A stretch of DNA of 64,000 bases from Candidatus Binatia bacterium (GCA_963664015.2 CAXXLF010000001.1:192001-256000), one strand, 5' to 3'; positions 18,636 through 29,078 are shown, counted from the stretch's first letter. Notes: generated from the letters alone by a model not told the origin. Numbers and translations are program-made.

Positions 18636-20198
18636 CTACTTATCCAGCCAGGTCCTGGTCAAACCTCCGCCACCCCAAACGAAGCGGCCGCCGCTGCTGT
18701 CTGTACTGAATCCCTTGACATGGTTTTTAAACGTGAAGAAGCGGGGCACGAAACCCACTGGCACAACTGGCAAATCTTCGTTCAACTGGGAGATAATCCT
18801 ACCCAATATCTTTTGCCGCTTGGCCTGATCCAGCTCGACGTCAAGTTCGAGGAACCACTTCTCCACGTCCTGGTTGCAATAACCACTCCAGTTGGATGCC
18901 CGCTTCTTGGGATCCTGACAGGTAAACTGGCTGCGGTAGGTGGAGATGGGATCAGTATAATAACCACCGCCAACCATATCCATGGTTGTATCACCGGCGC
19001 GGATCTGAGCGCGACGGGCGCCGTACTCGAACACCGCCAACTCGACATTCATCCCGATCTTTCTCATCTGGGCCTGGAAAGCAATGGACATGGCCTCCAC
19101 TGTCTCGCCCTTCTCGATCTTCATAACGATCTTTTGCCCTTTGTAACCGGACTCTTTCAGGAACTTCTTCGCCTTGGCAACGTCATAATTTGGAGCCGCT
19201 ATCCCATTGATGTACCAAAAATGGCCTTTGGGATATTTCTGGTCTGCGGTTTCGCCAAAGCCAAAGAAAGCCGCTTCAAGGATCTCCTTCTTGTCCATTC
19301 CATGAACAACGGCGAGACGCATTTTTAAATTATCGAAGGGCGTATCGACCACGTTGAAGAACATTGCGCGATAGCCAGAAGTGGCCGCTTTGGCCGTACC
19401 AAACTGTTTGAACTTACCACTGGCAACCTGTTTCACCCACTCATAGGGTGTCCTCTCGATGATATCCACATCGCCGGCGCGCAGGGCGGTAAACCGCACC
19501 GTAGAGTTTCTGATTGGACGAAGTATCACCCGGTCCAGGTAGGGCTTGGTTCCCCAGTAGTCCTTGTTAAGATCGAAAACGATTCGTTGCCGGGGTTTCC
19601 ATTCGGTAAACCGGAAGGGCCCTGTTCCCGGTGGGTACTCGGAAGGCTTGATGGACTTGATGGACCCCTTGGGAATCACAGAGAAGGCCTTGATGTCACT
19701 TAGCGCCGAAAGAAAGGCGGAACTGCGTTCCTTGAGATATATCTTCAGTGTATGCTTGTCGACCACCTTGACCCCTTCGACTAAAGCCAGTCTGGAGCGG
19801 CCATAGGCGCCATTTTCTGGGTCCATGGTATAATCCATGGCATATTTGGCATCCTCCGCCGTCACCTCTTGGCCGTTGTGAAACTTCATTCCTTTACGAA
19901 GGCGAAAGGTGTAGAGCTTACCGTCTTTGGATATCTCATACGATTCGGCCAACTGGGGCTTGATCGCTCCGGTTTCATCCAAGAACAGCAAGCTTTCAAA
20001 AATCAGGTCACGGATCGATTGGTCCGTCGACATCGTCCGGATCAGCGGGTTCAAGGTGCTGATATCTTTCCGTATACCCATGGTCAAGGTCCCCCCACGT
20101 TTGGGTTGGCCCATTACTTCTCCCACAGAGATGACCATGGGAAACATCAATCCCATGACCAATGCCAGAATTAGGAATCGATTCCTCTTCAAATTCAT
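18636..20198 (-). CDS. ABC transporter substrate-binding protein, family 5 (peptide/nickel type)
   Basis: PKRGGTL, LAESYE, LRKGMKFHNG, GTGPF motifs; AAGGAGG RBS. Confidence 0.9.
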   Translation of the reverse strand: MNLKRNRFLILALVMGLMFPMVISVGEVMGQPKRGGTLTMGIRKDISTLNPLIRTMSTDQSIRDLIFESLLFLDETGAIKPQLAESYEISKDGKLYTFRLRKGMKFHNGQEVTAEDAKYAMDYTMDPENGAYGRSRLALVEGVKVVDKHTLKIYLKERSSAFLSALSDIKAFSVIPKGSIKSIKPSEYPPGTGPFRFTEWKPRQRIVFDLNKDYWGTKPYLDRVILRPIRNSTVRFTALRAGDVDIIERTPYEWVKQVASGKFKQFGTAKAATSGYRAMFFNVVDTPFDNLKMRLAVVHGMDKKEILEAAFFGFGETADQKYPKGHFWYINGIAAPNYDVAKAKKFLKESGYKGQKIVMKIEKGETVEAMSIAFQAQMRKIGMNVELAVFEYGARRAQIRAGDTTMDMVGGGYYTDPISTYRSQFTCQDPKKRASNWSGYCNQDVEKWFLELDVELDQAKRQKILGRIISQLNEDLPVVPVGFVPRFFTFKNHVKGFSTDSSGGRFVWGGGGLTRTWLDK

Positions 20199-20258
20199 AA
20201 ACAACTCCTCCTTATTCATATCGGTGTTCAATTGGAATGAACCGTATCATTGTTAGGG

Positions 20259-21311
20259 TCAAAAATCAGCATCTTCACCATGCTCGACCATGAGGAACCC
20301 CAGATTTTCCATGTACGGCCGATCATGGTGGATAAGAAACCGCGTCGTCTCAACTCCCGTATTGAAATGCTGATGCCAGGCGAAGGGCGGGATGCAAAGC
20401 GAGTCACTTTTTTTCCAGTCAAACCTCTGGTCTTCAATGATGCTGTAACCGCTACCCGAGATCACGTAGTTGGTTTCTTCATAGGCATGGCGATGGGCTC
20501 CCGACCTCTTCCCGGACGGGATCTCAGCAACCAGGGTCCCCAGCGTTCTGACGTGAAAGCCCGCGGAGGGGTCCACCACGATGGCAACATTCCCCATGCG
20601 TGTCGATTCGAAAACCAGGTCTTCATCTCGCACCAGAACCTTGCCCGCCCTTCGATCGACCTCCTCCTGGCTGGCAAACCCCTGGGCCACAACGTAGAGC
20701 CGATCGGTCTTGTTCTTGGCCTTGTTGGGGTCCGTGCCGCCCAGGGCTACCTTCGTGCTGCCTTCCGGTGCCCCGCTCTTCCCGGGGATGAGGGTCCTCA
20801 GTTGTTCTTCGCCTTTCTGTGCGAAGATCCAATGTTCTGGGTAACGCTCGTCTTCGTAGACCGCAAGCCCAAGATACATGGAGAGCGGTCCTGTAGTCGC
20901 CGCCACGTAGGTCATATAATCGCTCTCGACAACATGACGGTGCCAGGCAAACATGGGCACACATATAAAATCCCCGGGCTTCCAGGGATAGTCGATCCCG
21001 TCGATGACGCTGAAGCCTTTACCGCCCTCGACGTAAATCACGGCCTCGACCGTATGTCGATGCCCCAGGGTTTTCCACTGCTCGTTTCTTTGCTTTGAAC
21101 TAGCTCGATCCTTCCAGAAGCGAAAACTCTTCTGGTTGGAACCGGTCCGAGGATCGAAGATGAGAATATGATTGTGATCCTTAAGTTGGTCCTCGATATC
21201 CTCAGCGGGAACATAAATCGGCGCTTTCTTTCGACGCTCCAACTCTTCTTTGGCAAAGGTCACGAGTTCCATGCCCAGCCGTTGGTGATCTTCTTTTTTT
21301 AAAACTGCCAT
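20259..21311 (-). CDS. bicupin, gentisate 1,2-dioxygenase-like
   Basis: two cupin domains: HRHTVEA...PMFAWHRH and HRHAYEE...PPFAWHQHFN. Confidence 0.8.
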   Translation of the reverse strand: MAVLKKEDHQRLGMELVTFAKEELERRKKAPIYVPAEDIEDQLKDHNHILIFDPRTGSNQKSFRFWKDRASSKQRNEQWKTLGHRHTVEAVIYVEGGKGFSVIDGIDYPWKPGDFICVPMFAWHRHVVESDYMTYVAATTGPLSMYLGLAVYEDERYPEHWIFAQKGEEQLRTLIPGKSGAPEGSTKVALGGTDPNKAKNKTDRLYVVAQGFASQEEVDRRAGKVLVRDEDLVFESTRMGNVAIVVDPSAGFHVRTLGTLVAEIPSGKRSGAHRHAYEETNYVISGSGYSIIEDQRFDWKKSDSLCIPPFAWHQHFNTGVETTRFLIHHDRPYMENLGFLMVEHGEDADF

Positions 21312-21317
21312 TTTCAG

Positions 21318-21383
21318 TTACGCTACCTTTACTTGATTTACCTCGTATACTTTCGAAGCACCCTTAGAATAGATCGTGATCAT
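21318..21383 (-). CDS. candidate 21-aa small ORF MITIYSKGASKVYEVNQVKVA
   Basis: ATG..TAA with GGGAGG 12 nt upstream; stop 6 nt before the cupin ATG, which lacks a strong RBS. Confidence 0.5.
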   Translation of the reverse strand: MITIYSKGASKVYEVNQVKVA

Positions 21384-21642
21384 GCGTGCCTAATGCCTCC
21401 CTTTTGGGGAACAGTTCCATCTGTGTGACGGATTCGCACATGATCAATTAATAATCATAGGGTGCGCGTCGGGGGAATTCGAGACTGCCTCTTCGGCCTA
21501 CACGGGAGGAAAATCTGCCCCACCACAAGTTTCTAAGTGTCGGTTGGCGATTTTTACTCCAAGTTTGTTGGGTGAACAGCTTTTACGGCTACGAAGTCGA
21601 TCCTGCTCCCCTTCCAATCCCCGTAAGCGTACCTCGCTTATT

Positions 21643-22632
21643 CTACGCCGACAGCCGCTGTTTTCCTCCATCATTGCCATAAAGCTCATCAATGAAGCCG
21701 CTATCGTCGATCATTCTCAAATAATGAGTATCCCACGTCTCCAGTGGGCCTATAAAATTAACCTTTGGATCGTGGGCTACGTCGAGGTTATAGACGTTCC
21801 ATATGGCCATCGGATGGGGATAGGGCTTTGCACTAAGCAGTTCGCTCCATTGCTGGTGCAAGTACTCAACCTCGTCGTCCCCCTTTAAACCAACCATGGG
21901 GGCCAGTTCGCGGCTCAAAATCTCGCAGACCTTCTGCTTTTCCGTCTTGAAAAAGTGGATGGTTTCGATCAGCGCCTTAAGGAACGTGGTGACCTTCTCC
22001 TCGTTGTGACGTACGAACTCGGTGCTGGCACAAATCGTAGTATTATGGATAACCGGGACCGAGGGGAGTTTGAGAACGTTTAGGCCTCGCTTTTTCGCTT
22101 GAAGATCAAAGGGGATATCCACGTTGGCTGCATCGACCTCCCCACTGGCCACCCGATCCACAGCCACGTCTCCCTTGCCGGAAAGCTTGTCGTTGAATAG
22201 AAACTCTACCTTGGAGGTATCCACACCGGCCAATGTCAGGGCATGGTCCAGGTTGCCGCTAACACAGGGCGCATTATTAGTAGTAATCCTCTTTCCTTCG
22301 AGCTGCTTCACGTCCGTAATGTCAGGACGGGCTATCAGACGGTCATCCCAATCATTCTGGGTTTGGGCTAGGTATACGAACCGCTTATCTCCCTTGGCTC
22401 GGTACACATAGGGCTCGTGGTGCAGACCGCTCAAGAAGTCGTAGTCACCGTTTAAAAGCGTGGGGGCACGGTCCGGCATGCTTCGAATCGCTCTCCCCCC
22501 TTGGGGGTACCGGGCAATATCGACTTCCAGCTCAAATCCGTGCTTCTGGGTCACCCCAGAATCCCTAAAAGTAAAGTGCAGTGGCATATGGGAAATCGCG
22601 CTGCTAAGCATTCTTATTTTTCCAAGACCCAT
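21643..22632 (-). CDS. NitT/TauT (SsuA/THI5-like) ABC substrate-binding-type protein
   Basis: DVKQLEGKRI, SGEVDAA, FLKALIETIHFFK, DDSGFIDELY; no signal peptide evident. Confidence 0.7.
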   Translation of the reverse strand: MGLGKIRMLSSAISHMPLHFTFRDSGVTQKHGFELEVDIARYPQGGRAIRSMPDRAPTLLNGDYDFLSGLHHEPYVYRAKGDKRFVYLAQTQNDWDDRLIARPDITDVKQLEGKRITTNNAPCVSGNLDHALTLAGVDTSKVEFLFNDKLSGKGDVAVDRVASGEVDAANVDIPFDLQAKKRGLNVLKLPSVPVIHNTTICASTEFVRHNEEKVTTFLKALIETIHFFKTEKQKVCEILSRELAPMVGLKGDDEVEYLHQQWSELLSAKPYPHPMAIWNVYNLDVAHDPKVNFIGPLETWDTHYLRMIDDSGFIDELYGNDGGKQRLSA

Positions 22633-22850
22633 GTTATACTACCCCTTTTCATTAGATAACCTTATGGCTCCAGATAGACTCGTTAGGATAGTATTAGGCG
22701 CCTTTGAAGTCAACACTTAAGGCGGTTCGACTGGGCGATAGGCTCAGTTATCTTGATGCCTCCAATTCGAATTAAAGCGCCATAATATTCGATAATTACC
22801 TCCATTTTGGACATAGACCTCGTGAATATCCAAAACCTCAATCCGGTCAG

Positions 22851-24275
22851 ATGAGCACTACCGAGGCTTCACCGGTTTACCGGTGGTTGATATTTGCTAT
22901 CACGGGCTCCGGGGTTTTCTTGGCCACCAGCGCCGTGACCATTGTCAACGTTGCCCTTCCATTTATCACACAGGACTTTCAATCGGAGATCTCGACAACC
23001 CAATGGGTCGTGCTTGTTTATCTCCTGACGACCTCCAGCTTCCTTATCAATTTTGGCCGTTTGGGGGACATTTTTACCCCCTACCGGCTGCACTACATTG
23101 GCCTGATCACCTTCACCTGCGGCTCCCTTCTCTGCAGTCTTGCTCAATCGGTAGAGGCACTTGTAGCACTTAGGGTTTTGCAAGGTTTGGGAGGAGCGAT
23201 GATCATTTCCAACTGCCCGGGGACCGTAACCGCCGCATTCCCACCCCAACAGAGGGGAAGAATCATCGGACTTCAAGCAGGAGTGGTTGGTTTTTCTCTT
23301 TCCATTGGCCCGACCATCGCCGGTTTTTTAATTGGATGGTTCGGATGGCGATCGGTTTTTCTTTACAACGTCCCCTTTGGGATTTTGGGAATTCTAATCG
23401 GTTGGCTCATCCCCGCTCCCCAACGAATACCCCAGAAGCTTCACATTGATATTATTGGCGGAATCTTACTATTCACTTCTGTCATCAATTTCGTTCTCGC
23501 TATCAATCGGGCCCGAGATCTCGGTTGGTCCTCCCCCGTGGTCTTATTGTTGTTCACCATTTTCCTCGTTTCTTTGATCGCATTCTTCATCACCGAGGCG
23601 CGAGTTTCGCATCCCATGCTCGACCTCCATCTCTTTCGCAATCGGGTCTTTGCCATCGCCCAAGCAGGGAACTTCCTCAGCCACATGGCCACATTCGGGA
23701 TATTTCTTCTCATTCCCTTTTACCTGATCGGTATCTTAAAAGTCTCCGCCGAGGAGTCTGGTTTGATCCTGCTTCCCTTAACTGTCACAATGGTTATCAT
23801 TAGCCCTTTCAGCGGAAGCCTTGCCGACCGTTTTGGCTCCAAGTGGCCCTCCATCTTAGGGATCTCCCTGATATGTCTCGGTCTGTATTCTCTCACCTCC
23901 CTTACCCAGGATTCCTCGGTTTTTGGAGTGGTCCTTCGTCTCACCCTGATAGGATTGGGGCGAGCCGTATATCAGGCTCCTAATACGAGCGCGACCTTGA
24001 GCTCTGCGTCCAGGGAACGGGTAGGTGTCGCAGGAGGCATTTATGCAACCATGAGGCATCTGGGGAATCTCTCCGGCATAGCGATCGTGGGTAGCTACTT
24101 TAGCGCCCGCCAGGCAGCGCGACTGGCAGATCAGAGTTTTATCGGTTCGACCGAAGACCTTCGTATTGCATCCTTTATCGGGCCGTTGCACGAAACCTTC
24201 ACGCTTTCCCTGGGCATTGCAATTCTTTTATTGGTCATAACCTTTTTTCAGAATACCTCCCCCCAAAGATCGTGA
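22851..24275 (+). CDS. MFS transporter, DHA2/EmrB-QacA type
   Basis: IVNVALP, GRLGD motif A, RVLQGLGGA, GWRSVFLYNVP, ~14 TM. Confidence 0.9.
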   Translation: MSTTEASPVYRWLIFAITGSGVFLATSAVTIVNVALPFITQDFQSEISTTQWVVLVYLLTTSSFLINFGRLGDIFTPYRLHYIGLITFTCGSLLCSLAQSVEALVALRVLQGLGGAMIISNCPGTVTAAFPPQQRGRIIGLQAGVVGFSLSIGPTIAGFLIGWFGWRSVFLYNVPFGILGILIGWLIPAPQRIPQKLHIDIIGGILLFTSVINFVLAINRARDLGWSSPVVLLLFTIFLVSLIAFFITEARVSHPMLDLHLFRNRVFAIAQAGNFLSHMATFGIFLLIPFYLIGILKVSAEESGLILLPLTVTMVIISPFSGSLADRFGSKWPSILGISLICLGLYSLTSLTQDSSVFGVVLRLTLIGLGRAVYQAPNTSATLSSASRERVGVAGGIYATMRHLGNLSGIAIVGSYFSARQAARLADQSFIGSTEDLRIASFIGPLHETFTLSLGIAILLLVITFFQNTSPQRS

Positions 24276-24426
24276 GGATGAAACCACGTCATTGGGGCGT
24301 CCATGGCAACTGTGTGTTTCACAAGAACCTTCTGGGGAAACGCCCCGCTGGGGTCCTGTGAATTGCCACGATTATTCCATTGCTTACGTTAAAACACCTA
24401 GAATCGAGAATATGGTAAGATAAGCC

Positions 24427-25680
24427 ATGCCTTCGGATCGATTTGACCTGACCGTGATAGGTGCGGGGATAGTGGGCTTATCCACGGCTATGCACCTCCA
24501 AGAGAAATATCCCAAGGCCAAGATGGCCGTGCTGGAGAAAGAACCTGCAGTGGCAATGCATCAAAGCGGTCACAATAGTGGAGTGATTCATTCGGGCATC
24601 TACTACAAGCCGGGAACCGTCAAGGCTCAACTGTGTGTTGCCGGGAGGAAGTCACTTCTGGAGTTTTGCGACCAACATGGTGTCTCATACGACCTTTGCG
24701 GCAAGGTCATTGTCGCGACCTGCAAAGAAGAGATCCCTCAGCTTGATGAACTCATGCAACGAGGCCAAGCCAATGGGGTAGAGAAACTAGAGATGATAGG
24801 TCCAGAACGACTGAGGGAGATAGAACCCCATGCCCAGGGCGTCCAGGCGCTTCACTCGCCCTCCACAGGCATCATTGATTTTCCTCAGGTCGCTCACGCC
24901 ATGGCCAAACAATTTCAGGACCTGGGAGGCGAGATTCTAACCTCGTGCCGGGTCCGTGGACTTGACCGAGGCAACTCGGGATGGACAATTAGGACAGGTT
25001 CGGGAGAGATCGGCACCCATTACTTGGTCAACTGTGCGGGACTCTTCTCCGACCGTGTAGCGCGAATGACAAAAGCCCATACCCGGGACAAAAATTCACA
25101 GGTAGGGGAATTGCAAATTGTCCCCTTTCGAGGAGAATTTTTTCAGCTGATTCCCGAAAAGCGACACCTGGTTCGGGGGTTGATCTATCCGGTACCGGAT
25201 CCTAAATTGCCCTTTTTGGGGGTCCATTGTAGCCGAACGGTGCAGGGTCAGGTAGAAATGGGACCCAATGCGGTGCTCGCTTTTGCTAGAGAAGGCTACC
25301 GAAAACACGACATCAATCTTTACGATCTATGGCAAATCATTTCCTTCAAAGGCTTCTGGACGCTAGCTCACACCCACTGGAGCACAGGGATGGATGAATT
25401 TTGGAGATCCATCAGCAAATCGGCTTTTGTGAAGTCACTTCAGCAACTCCTACCGAATGCCAGATCGGAGTATTTGACGCCTGCAAGGAGTGGCGTTCGG
25501 GCCCAGGCGGTTTCCGCCAACGGACGCTTATTAGACGACTTCGTCATAGCCCCGGAACCCAACGCCATTCATGTCTTAAATGCCCCCTCACCCGGAGCAA
25601 CGGCCTCACTTGCCATCGGGAAAGAAATTCGGGACATGATGGGAGAAATGTTTTCCTCGGCCCTGGAGAAGTTTCATTAA
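24427..25680 (+). CDS. lhgO: L-2-hydroxyglutarate oxidase
   Basis: GAGIVG, HQSGHNSGVIHSGIYY, PVPDP..PFLGVH, NAPSPGATASLAIG. Confidence 0.9.
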   Translation: MPSDRFDLTVIGAGIVGLSTAMHLQEKYPKAKMAVLEKEPAVAMHQSGHNSGVIHSGIYYKPGTVKAQLCVAGRKSLLEFCDQHGVSYDLCGKVIVATCKEEIPQLDELMQRGQANGVEKLEMIGPERLREIEPHAQGVQALHSPSTGIIDFPQVAHAMAKQFQDLGGEILTSCRVRGLDRGNSGWTIRTGSGEIGTHYLVNCAGLFSDRVARMTKAHTRDKNSQVGELQIVPFRGEFFQLIPEKRHLVRGLIYPVPDPKLPFLGVHCSRTVQGQVEMGPNAVLAFAREGYRKHDINLYDLWQIISFKGFWTLAHTHWSTGMDEFWRSISKSAFVKSLQQLLPNARSEYLTPARSGVRAQAVSANGRLLDDFVIAPEPNAIHVLNAPSPGATASLAIGKEIRDMMGEMFSSALEKFH

Positions 25681-25732
25681 CAATCAGTGATCAACTCTAA
25701 GACAAAATAGCGAATCGGAGGAATCTCTTATT

Positions 25733-26260
25733 ATGATAATCGAATTCAATGGTCACAGGCCAAAAATCTCTCCCAAAGCATTTATCGCTCCCACCGCAGT
25801 TCTCATTGGAGATGTCACCGTCGAGGAGGACTCGAGCATCTGGTTTGGAGCGGTCCTGCGTTCCGACGAGAACGAGAACCCCATTGTCGTTAAATCGCGT
25901 ACCAGCATTCAGGACAATTGTGTCATTCATTCGGGCGAGGCGCCCACGATTTTCGAAGAAGATGTAACCGTCGGCCATGGAGCGATCCTGGAAGGAGCCC
26001 TAGTACACCGGGGTGCCATCATTGGAATGAACGCTACGATTTTAGATAACACGGAAATTGGCGAGGAGTCCCTCATCGCCGCCGGTAGCGTGGTTGTTCC
26101 CCATACCAAGATCCCGCCCCGCGTTCTCGCCGCGGGTAGTCCCGCTAAAGTCAAAAAGGAAATCAGCGGCGAGGCATTGAACTGGATCCAGATGGGCTCT
26201 TCCACTTACGTAAAGCTTTGCCAACAGTATCTTGGTGGAGCCTACAAGATAATCGGATAG
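25733..26260 (+). CDS. gamma carbonic anhydrase family (hexapeptide repeat) protein
   Basis: FIAPTAVLIGDV, IWFGAVLR, QDNCVIH, VGH motifs. Confidence 0.9.
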   Translation: MIIEFNGHRPKISPKAFIAPTAVLIGDVTVEEDSSIWFGAVLRSDENENPIVVKSRTSIQDNCVIHSGEAPTIFEEDVTVGHGAILEGALVHRGAIIGMNATILDNTEIGEESLIAAGSVVVPHTKIPPRVLAAGSPAKVKKEISGEALNWIQMGSSTYVKLCQQYLGGAYKIIG

Positions 26261-26272
26261 ATGTCCGTTGGG

Positions 26273-27094
26273 TTATCTCTGACAGGTGGGGCAAAAATAA
26301 GCGCCACGATTTCCCATTCGCATCCGTTTAATCGTTCGTGAGCAAACCCGACACGGCTCCCCATCGCGATTATAAACAGCGAGCCGGCTCTGAAACTCGC
26401 CCTTGCGGTCGTTACCATCTCGGTAATCCGAGAACGACGTCCCCCTCCAACGAATGGCTTGTGCCAGAATCTGGGGAATCGCCCTTGCCAACCTTTCAGC
26501 CTCACGGATTGTGACCGTTCGTGCCCTGCGGCTTGGACGCAGCCCGGCCTGGAACAAGGCTTCGTTGGCATAGATGTTTCCAAGTCCCGCTAGCACTGTC
26601 TGATCAAGGAGCAAGTCCCGCACTTTCCGTTTGGAACCCCTCATCAACGAACGAAAATGAGGACCGTTTATCGCTTCGCTCAAAGGATCCACCCCGAGCC
26701 TACCCAACGGGGACCATCGGTCAAGGTCCCGTAAGGGAAGCACTACCGCAAGACCAAAGCGGCGTGGATCGTGAAAGACAATTCCCCCTCCGCTCTTGAA
26801 GTTAACGATAATATGGGCGTGCTTCTCCCTCGGCCGACAGGCTCTCCAATAAACCAACTTACCAGTCATACCCAGATGTATGACCCAGACCCGGTCCGAC
26901 TCCAAGCTGACCAGGATATATTTACCTTTACGTCTAACATCAGTGATGGACTGGCCGTTCAGCAGGTTTTCGAAATCCATTGGAACCGGGATCCGCAAGC
27001 GTCGCTCCCTAACCTCAACTCGGGTAATTTTCCGCCCGCGAATGAGTGGGGCCAAGGTCCGGCAAACGGTCTCAACCTCTGGAAGTTCGGGCAT
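26273..27094 (-). CDS. mutM: formamidopyrimidine-DNA glycosylase
   Basis: MPELPEVE, HLGMTG, DPRRFG, GLGNIY, C-terminal Zn finger. Confidence 0.97.
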   Translation of the reverse strand: MPELPEVETVCRTLAPLIRGRKITRVEVRERRLRIPVPMDFENLLNGQSITDVRRKGKYILVSLESDRVWVIHLGMTGKLVYWRACRPREKHAHIIVNFKSGGGIVFHDPRRFGLAVVLPLRDLDRWSPLGRLGVDPLSEAINGPHFRSLMRGSKRKVRDLLLDQTVLAGLGNIYANEALFQAGLRPSRRARTVTIREAERLARAIPQILAQAIRWRGTSFSDYRDGNDRKGEFQSRLAVYNRDGEPCRVCSRTIKRMRMGNRGAYFCPTCQR

Positions 27095-27099
27095 CAGCC

Positions 27100-27981
27100 T
27101 TAATGATGGGAGTCCAGCAGCGTGTCCCCTTTCAGGGACTCGCCTAGCTCCAGAGAAGTCGCCAAACGAATAAATTCTTCTACACTCAAAGTCTCTCCTC
27201 GACGGCGCGGGTCAATGCCCTGCTGCCGCAGCAACTGCTCCACCTCGGATCCGTTTTTTCCGAGTAACTTTCTCAATGCATTACTCAAGACCTTTCGTCT
27301 CTGACCAAAACTGGCACGCAAAAGACTACGCAGAGCGGGAAAATGTTCGGAACCAATAAGTGGTTCTGGATAAAGCCCAATCTTGAGAATGGTAGATCGC
27401 ACGTGAGGCCGAGGAAAGAAGGCTTCGGCGGAAACTCGGTGCCGGGCTAAAATCCGGCCGTGGACCTGACACCAGACGGAAAGGGTGCCGTAAGTCTTGG
27501 TCCCCCTGGATGCCGCCATACGATCGGCAACCTCTTCCTGGACCATCAACACCACAGAGGAGAAACGATCCCGCTCTTGGAAGATTTTGAATAACACGGG
27601 CGTGGCAATGCTATAGGGAAGGTTGGCAACTATTTTGACCCGGTGACTGGGTAAAATTTCCCCCAGATTAATTTTAAGGATGTCGTCTTGGATGAGCGTT
27701 AGAGATGGCTGATAGCCAATGGGACTGCGTTGCAGCCATTCGGCTAACAACCGATCGATCTCAACCGCCCAGACCTGTTTCGAACTGGCTACCAATCGAC
27801 GGGTCAGGAAACCCAATCCGGGACCAATTTCCAAGACCTCCTCGGTCCCACCCAGGTCCAAATAGCCCATAATAATATCGATGATCTGCTCATGGATGAG
27901 AAAATTCTGACCGAGGCGTTTACTCGGCCTGAGTCCCAATTCCCGACAGACCGTCCTGGCCTCTTGATACAGTGAAGCCAT
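27100..27981 (-). CDS. rsmA: 16S rRNA m6,2A dimethyltransferase
   Basis: LGQNFL, EIGPGLG, ANLPY, MVQEEVA. Confidence 0.95.
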   Translation of the reverse strand: MASLYQEARTVCRELGLRPSKRLGQNFLIHEQIIDIIMGYLDLGGTEEVLEIGPGLGFLTRRLVASSKQVWAVEIDRLLAEWLQRSPIGYQPSLTLIQDDILKINLGEILPSHRVKIVANLPYSIATPVLFKIFQERDRFSSVVLMVQEEVADRMAASRGTKTYGTLSVWCQVHGRILARHRVSAEAFFPRPHVRSTILKIGLYPEPLIGSEHFPALRSLLRASFGQRRKVLSNALRKLLGKNGSEVEQLLRQQGIDPRRRGETLSVEEFIRLATSLELGESLKGDTLLDSHH

Positions 27982-28070
27982 GATCAATAGTCAACAATTA
28001 ATAAATGACAAAAGAAGCCCGGGAAGACGGAAGGGCACTATTGAGTAATAACGAATGACGATTAACAGCT

Positions 28071-29078
28071 TCAAAGGGTTAGATCGGGATCTGCGTTTAG
28101 ACAAACCTCGTCACGCCTGCCCTGTCTGAGACTGTGGTAACCGGCCAGGGCAATCATGGCGGCATTGTCAGTGCAAAAGCGGATGGAAGAATAATAGACC
28201 TCTGCACCCACCTGGCGTCCCTTTTCCTCCATCCGAGCCCGTAACCGGCTGTTGGCTGAAACACCACCGGCTAAGACCACCCGCATAATTCCAAACTCTT
28301 CCACTGCCTTGAGAGTAGGCGTCAAGAGCATATCGACCACTGCTTCCTGAAAGCTAGCCGCGATGTCAGCTTTGTGCTCTTCCCAGCCAGCGTGTTTTTC
28401 ATCTTTCAGATAATGCAGGACAGAAGTCTTGATGCCGCTAAAGCTGAAGTCATACGACACTGGCTTAATTCGCTTAATTCGAGAACGGGGGAATGCGATA
28501 GCTCTGGGATTTCCCTTCTGTGCCAGCTCGTCGATAACTCTACCGCCGGGATAGCCCAGGCCCATGAGTTTAGCCACCTTATCATAGGCCTCACCGGCCG
28601 CATCATCCCGGGTCCCCCCGAGATAGTGATACTGACTCAATCCGCGCACCAGGTAGAGCAGCGTATGACCACCGGAAGCCAACAGGGCAATGTATGGGAA
28701 GGGCACATCCCTTTCAAGAAAGATGGCTAACAGATGGGCCTCTAGATGGTTCACCCCGACAAAGGGGATCCCCCAACGAAAAGCGAGCGCCTTAACCATG
28801 GAAAGCCCGACGAGAAGAGAGCCTGCCAGTCCAGGGCCATAAGTCACGGCCAGCCCGTCCAGATCCTTAAGGCCAATTTCCGCTTCCCTCAGAGCGCGAT
28901 CCACCATGGGAAGAACCTGGCGCACATGTTGACGCGAGGCGAGTTCAGGGACCACACCGCCGTAGGGACTGTGAACCCCGTCTTGAGAAGAAACCAAATT
29001 TGATAGGATCTCACGGCCGTCCAGAAGGACTGCCGCCGCTGTATCGTCGCATGACGTTTCGACTCCTAGGACCAACAT
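28071..29078 (-). CDS. tsaD: tRNA t6A threonylcarbamoyltransferase
   Basis: GVETSCDDT, GGVVPELASR, NHLEAH, SGGHT, DDAAGE, TDNAAM. Confidence 0.97.
   Translation of the reverse strand: MLVLGVETSCDDTAAAVLLDGREILSNLVSSQDGVHSPYGGVVPELASRQHVRQVLPMVDRALREAEIGLKDLDGLAVTYGPGLAGSLLVGLSMVKALAFRWGIPFVGVNHLEAHLLAIFLERDVPFPYIALLASGGHTLLYLVRGLSQYHYLGGTRDDAAGEAYDKVAKLMGLGYPGGRVIDELAQKGNPRAIAFPRSRIKRIKPVSYDFSFSGIKTSVLHYLKDEKHAGWEEHKADIAASFQEAVVDMLLTPTLKAVEEFGIMRVVLAGGVSANSRLRARMEEKGRQVGAEVYYSSIRFCTDNAAMIALAGYHSLRQGRRDEVCLNADPDLTL

Noticed and set aside
20250-21098. long antisense ORFs (also 12702..13301, 18720..19328, 32484..33002)
   Set aside because: shadows of well-supported genes on the opposite strand, with no motifs
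24294-24368. HDV-like ribozyme
   Set aside because: crossing helices are possible, but the P3/L3 and P1.1 consensus is absent
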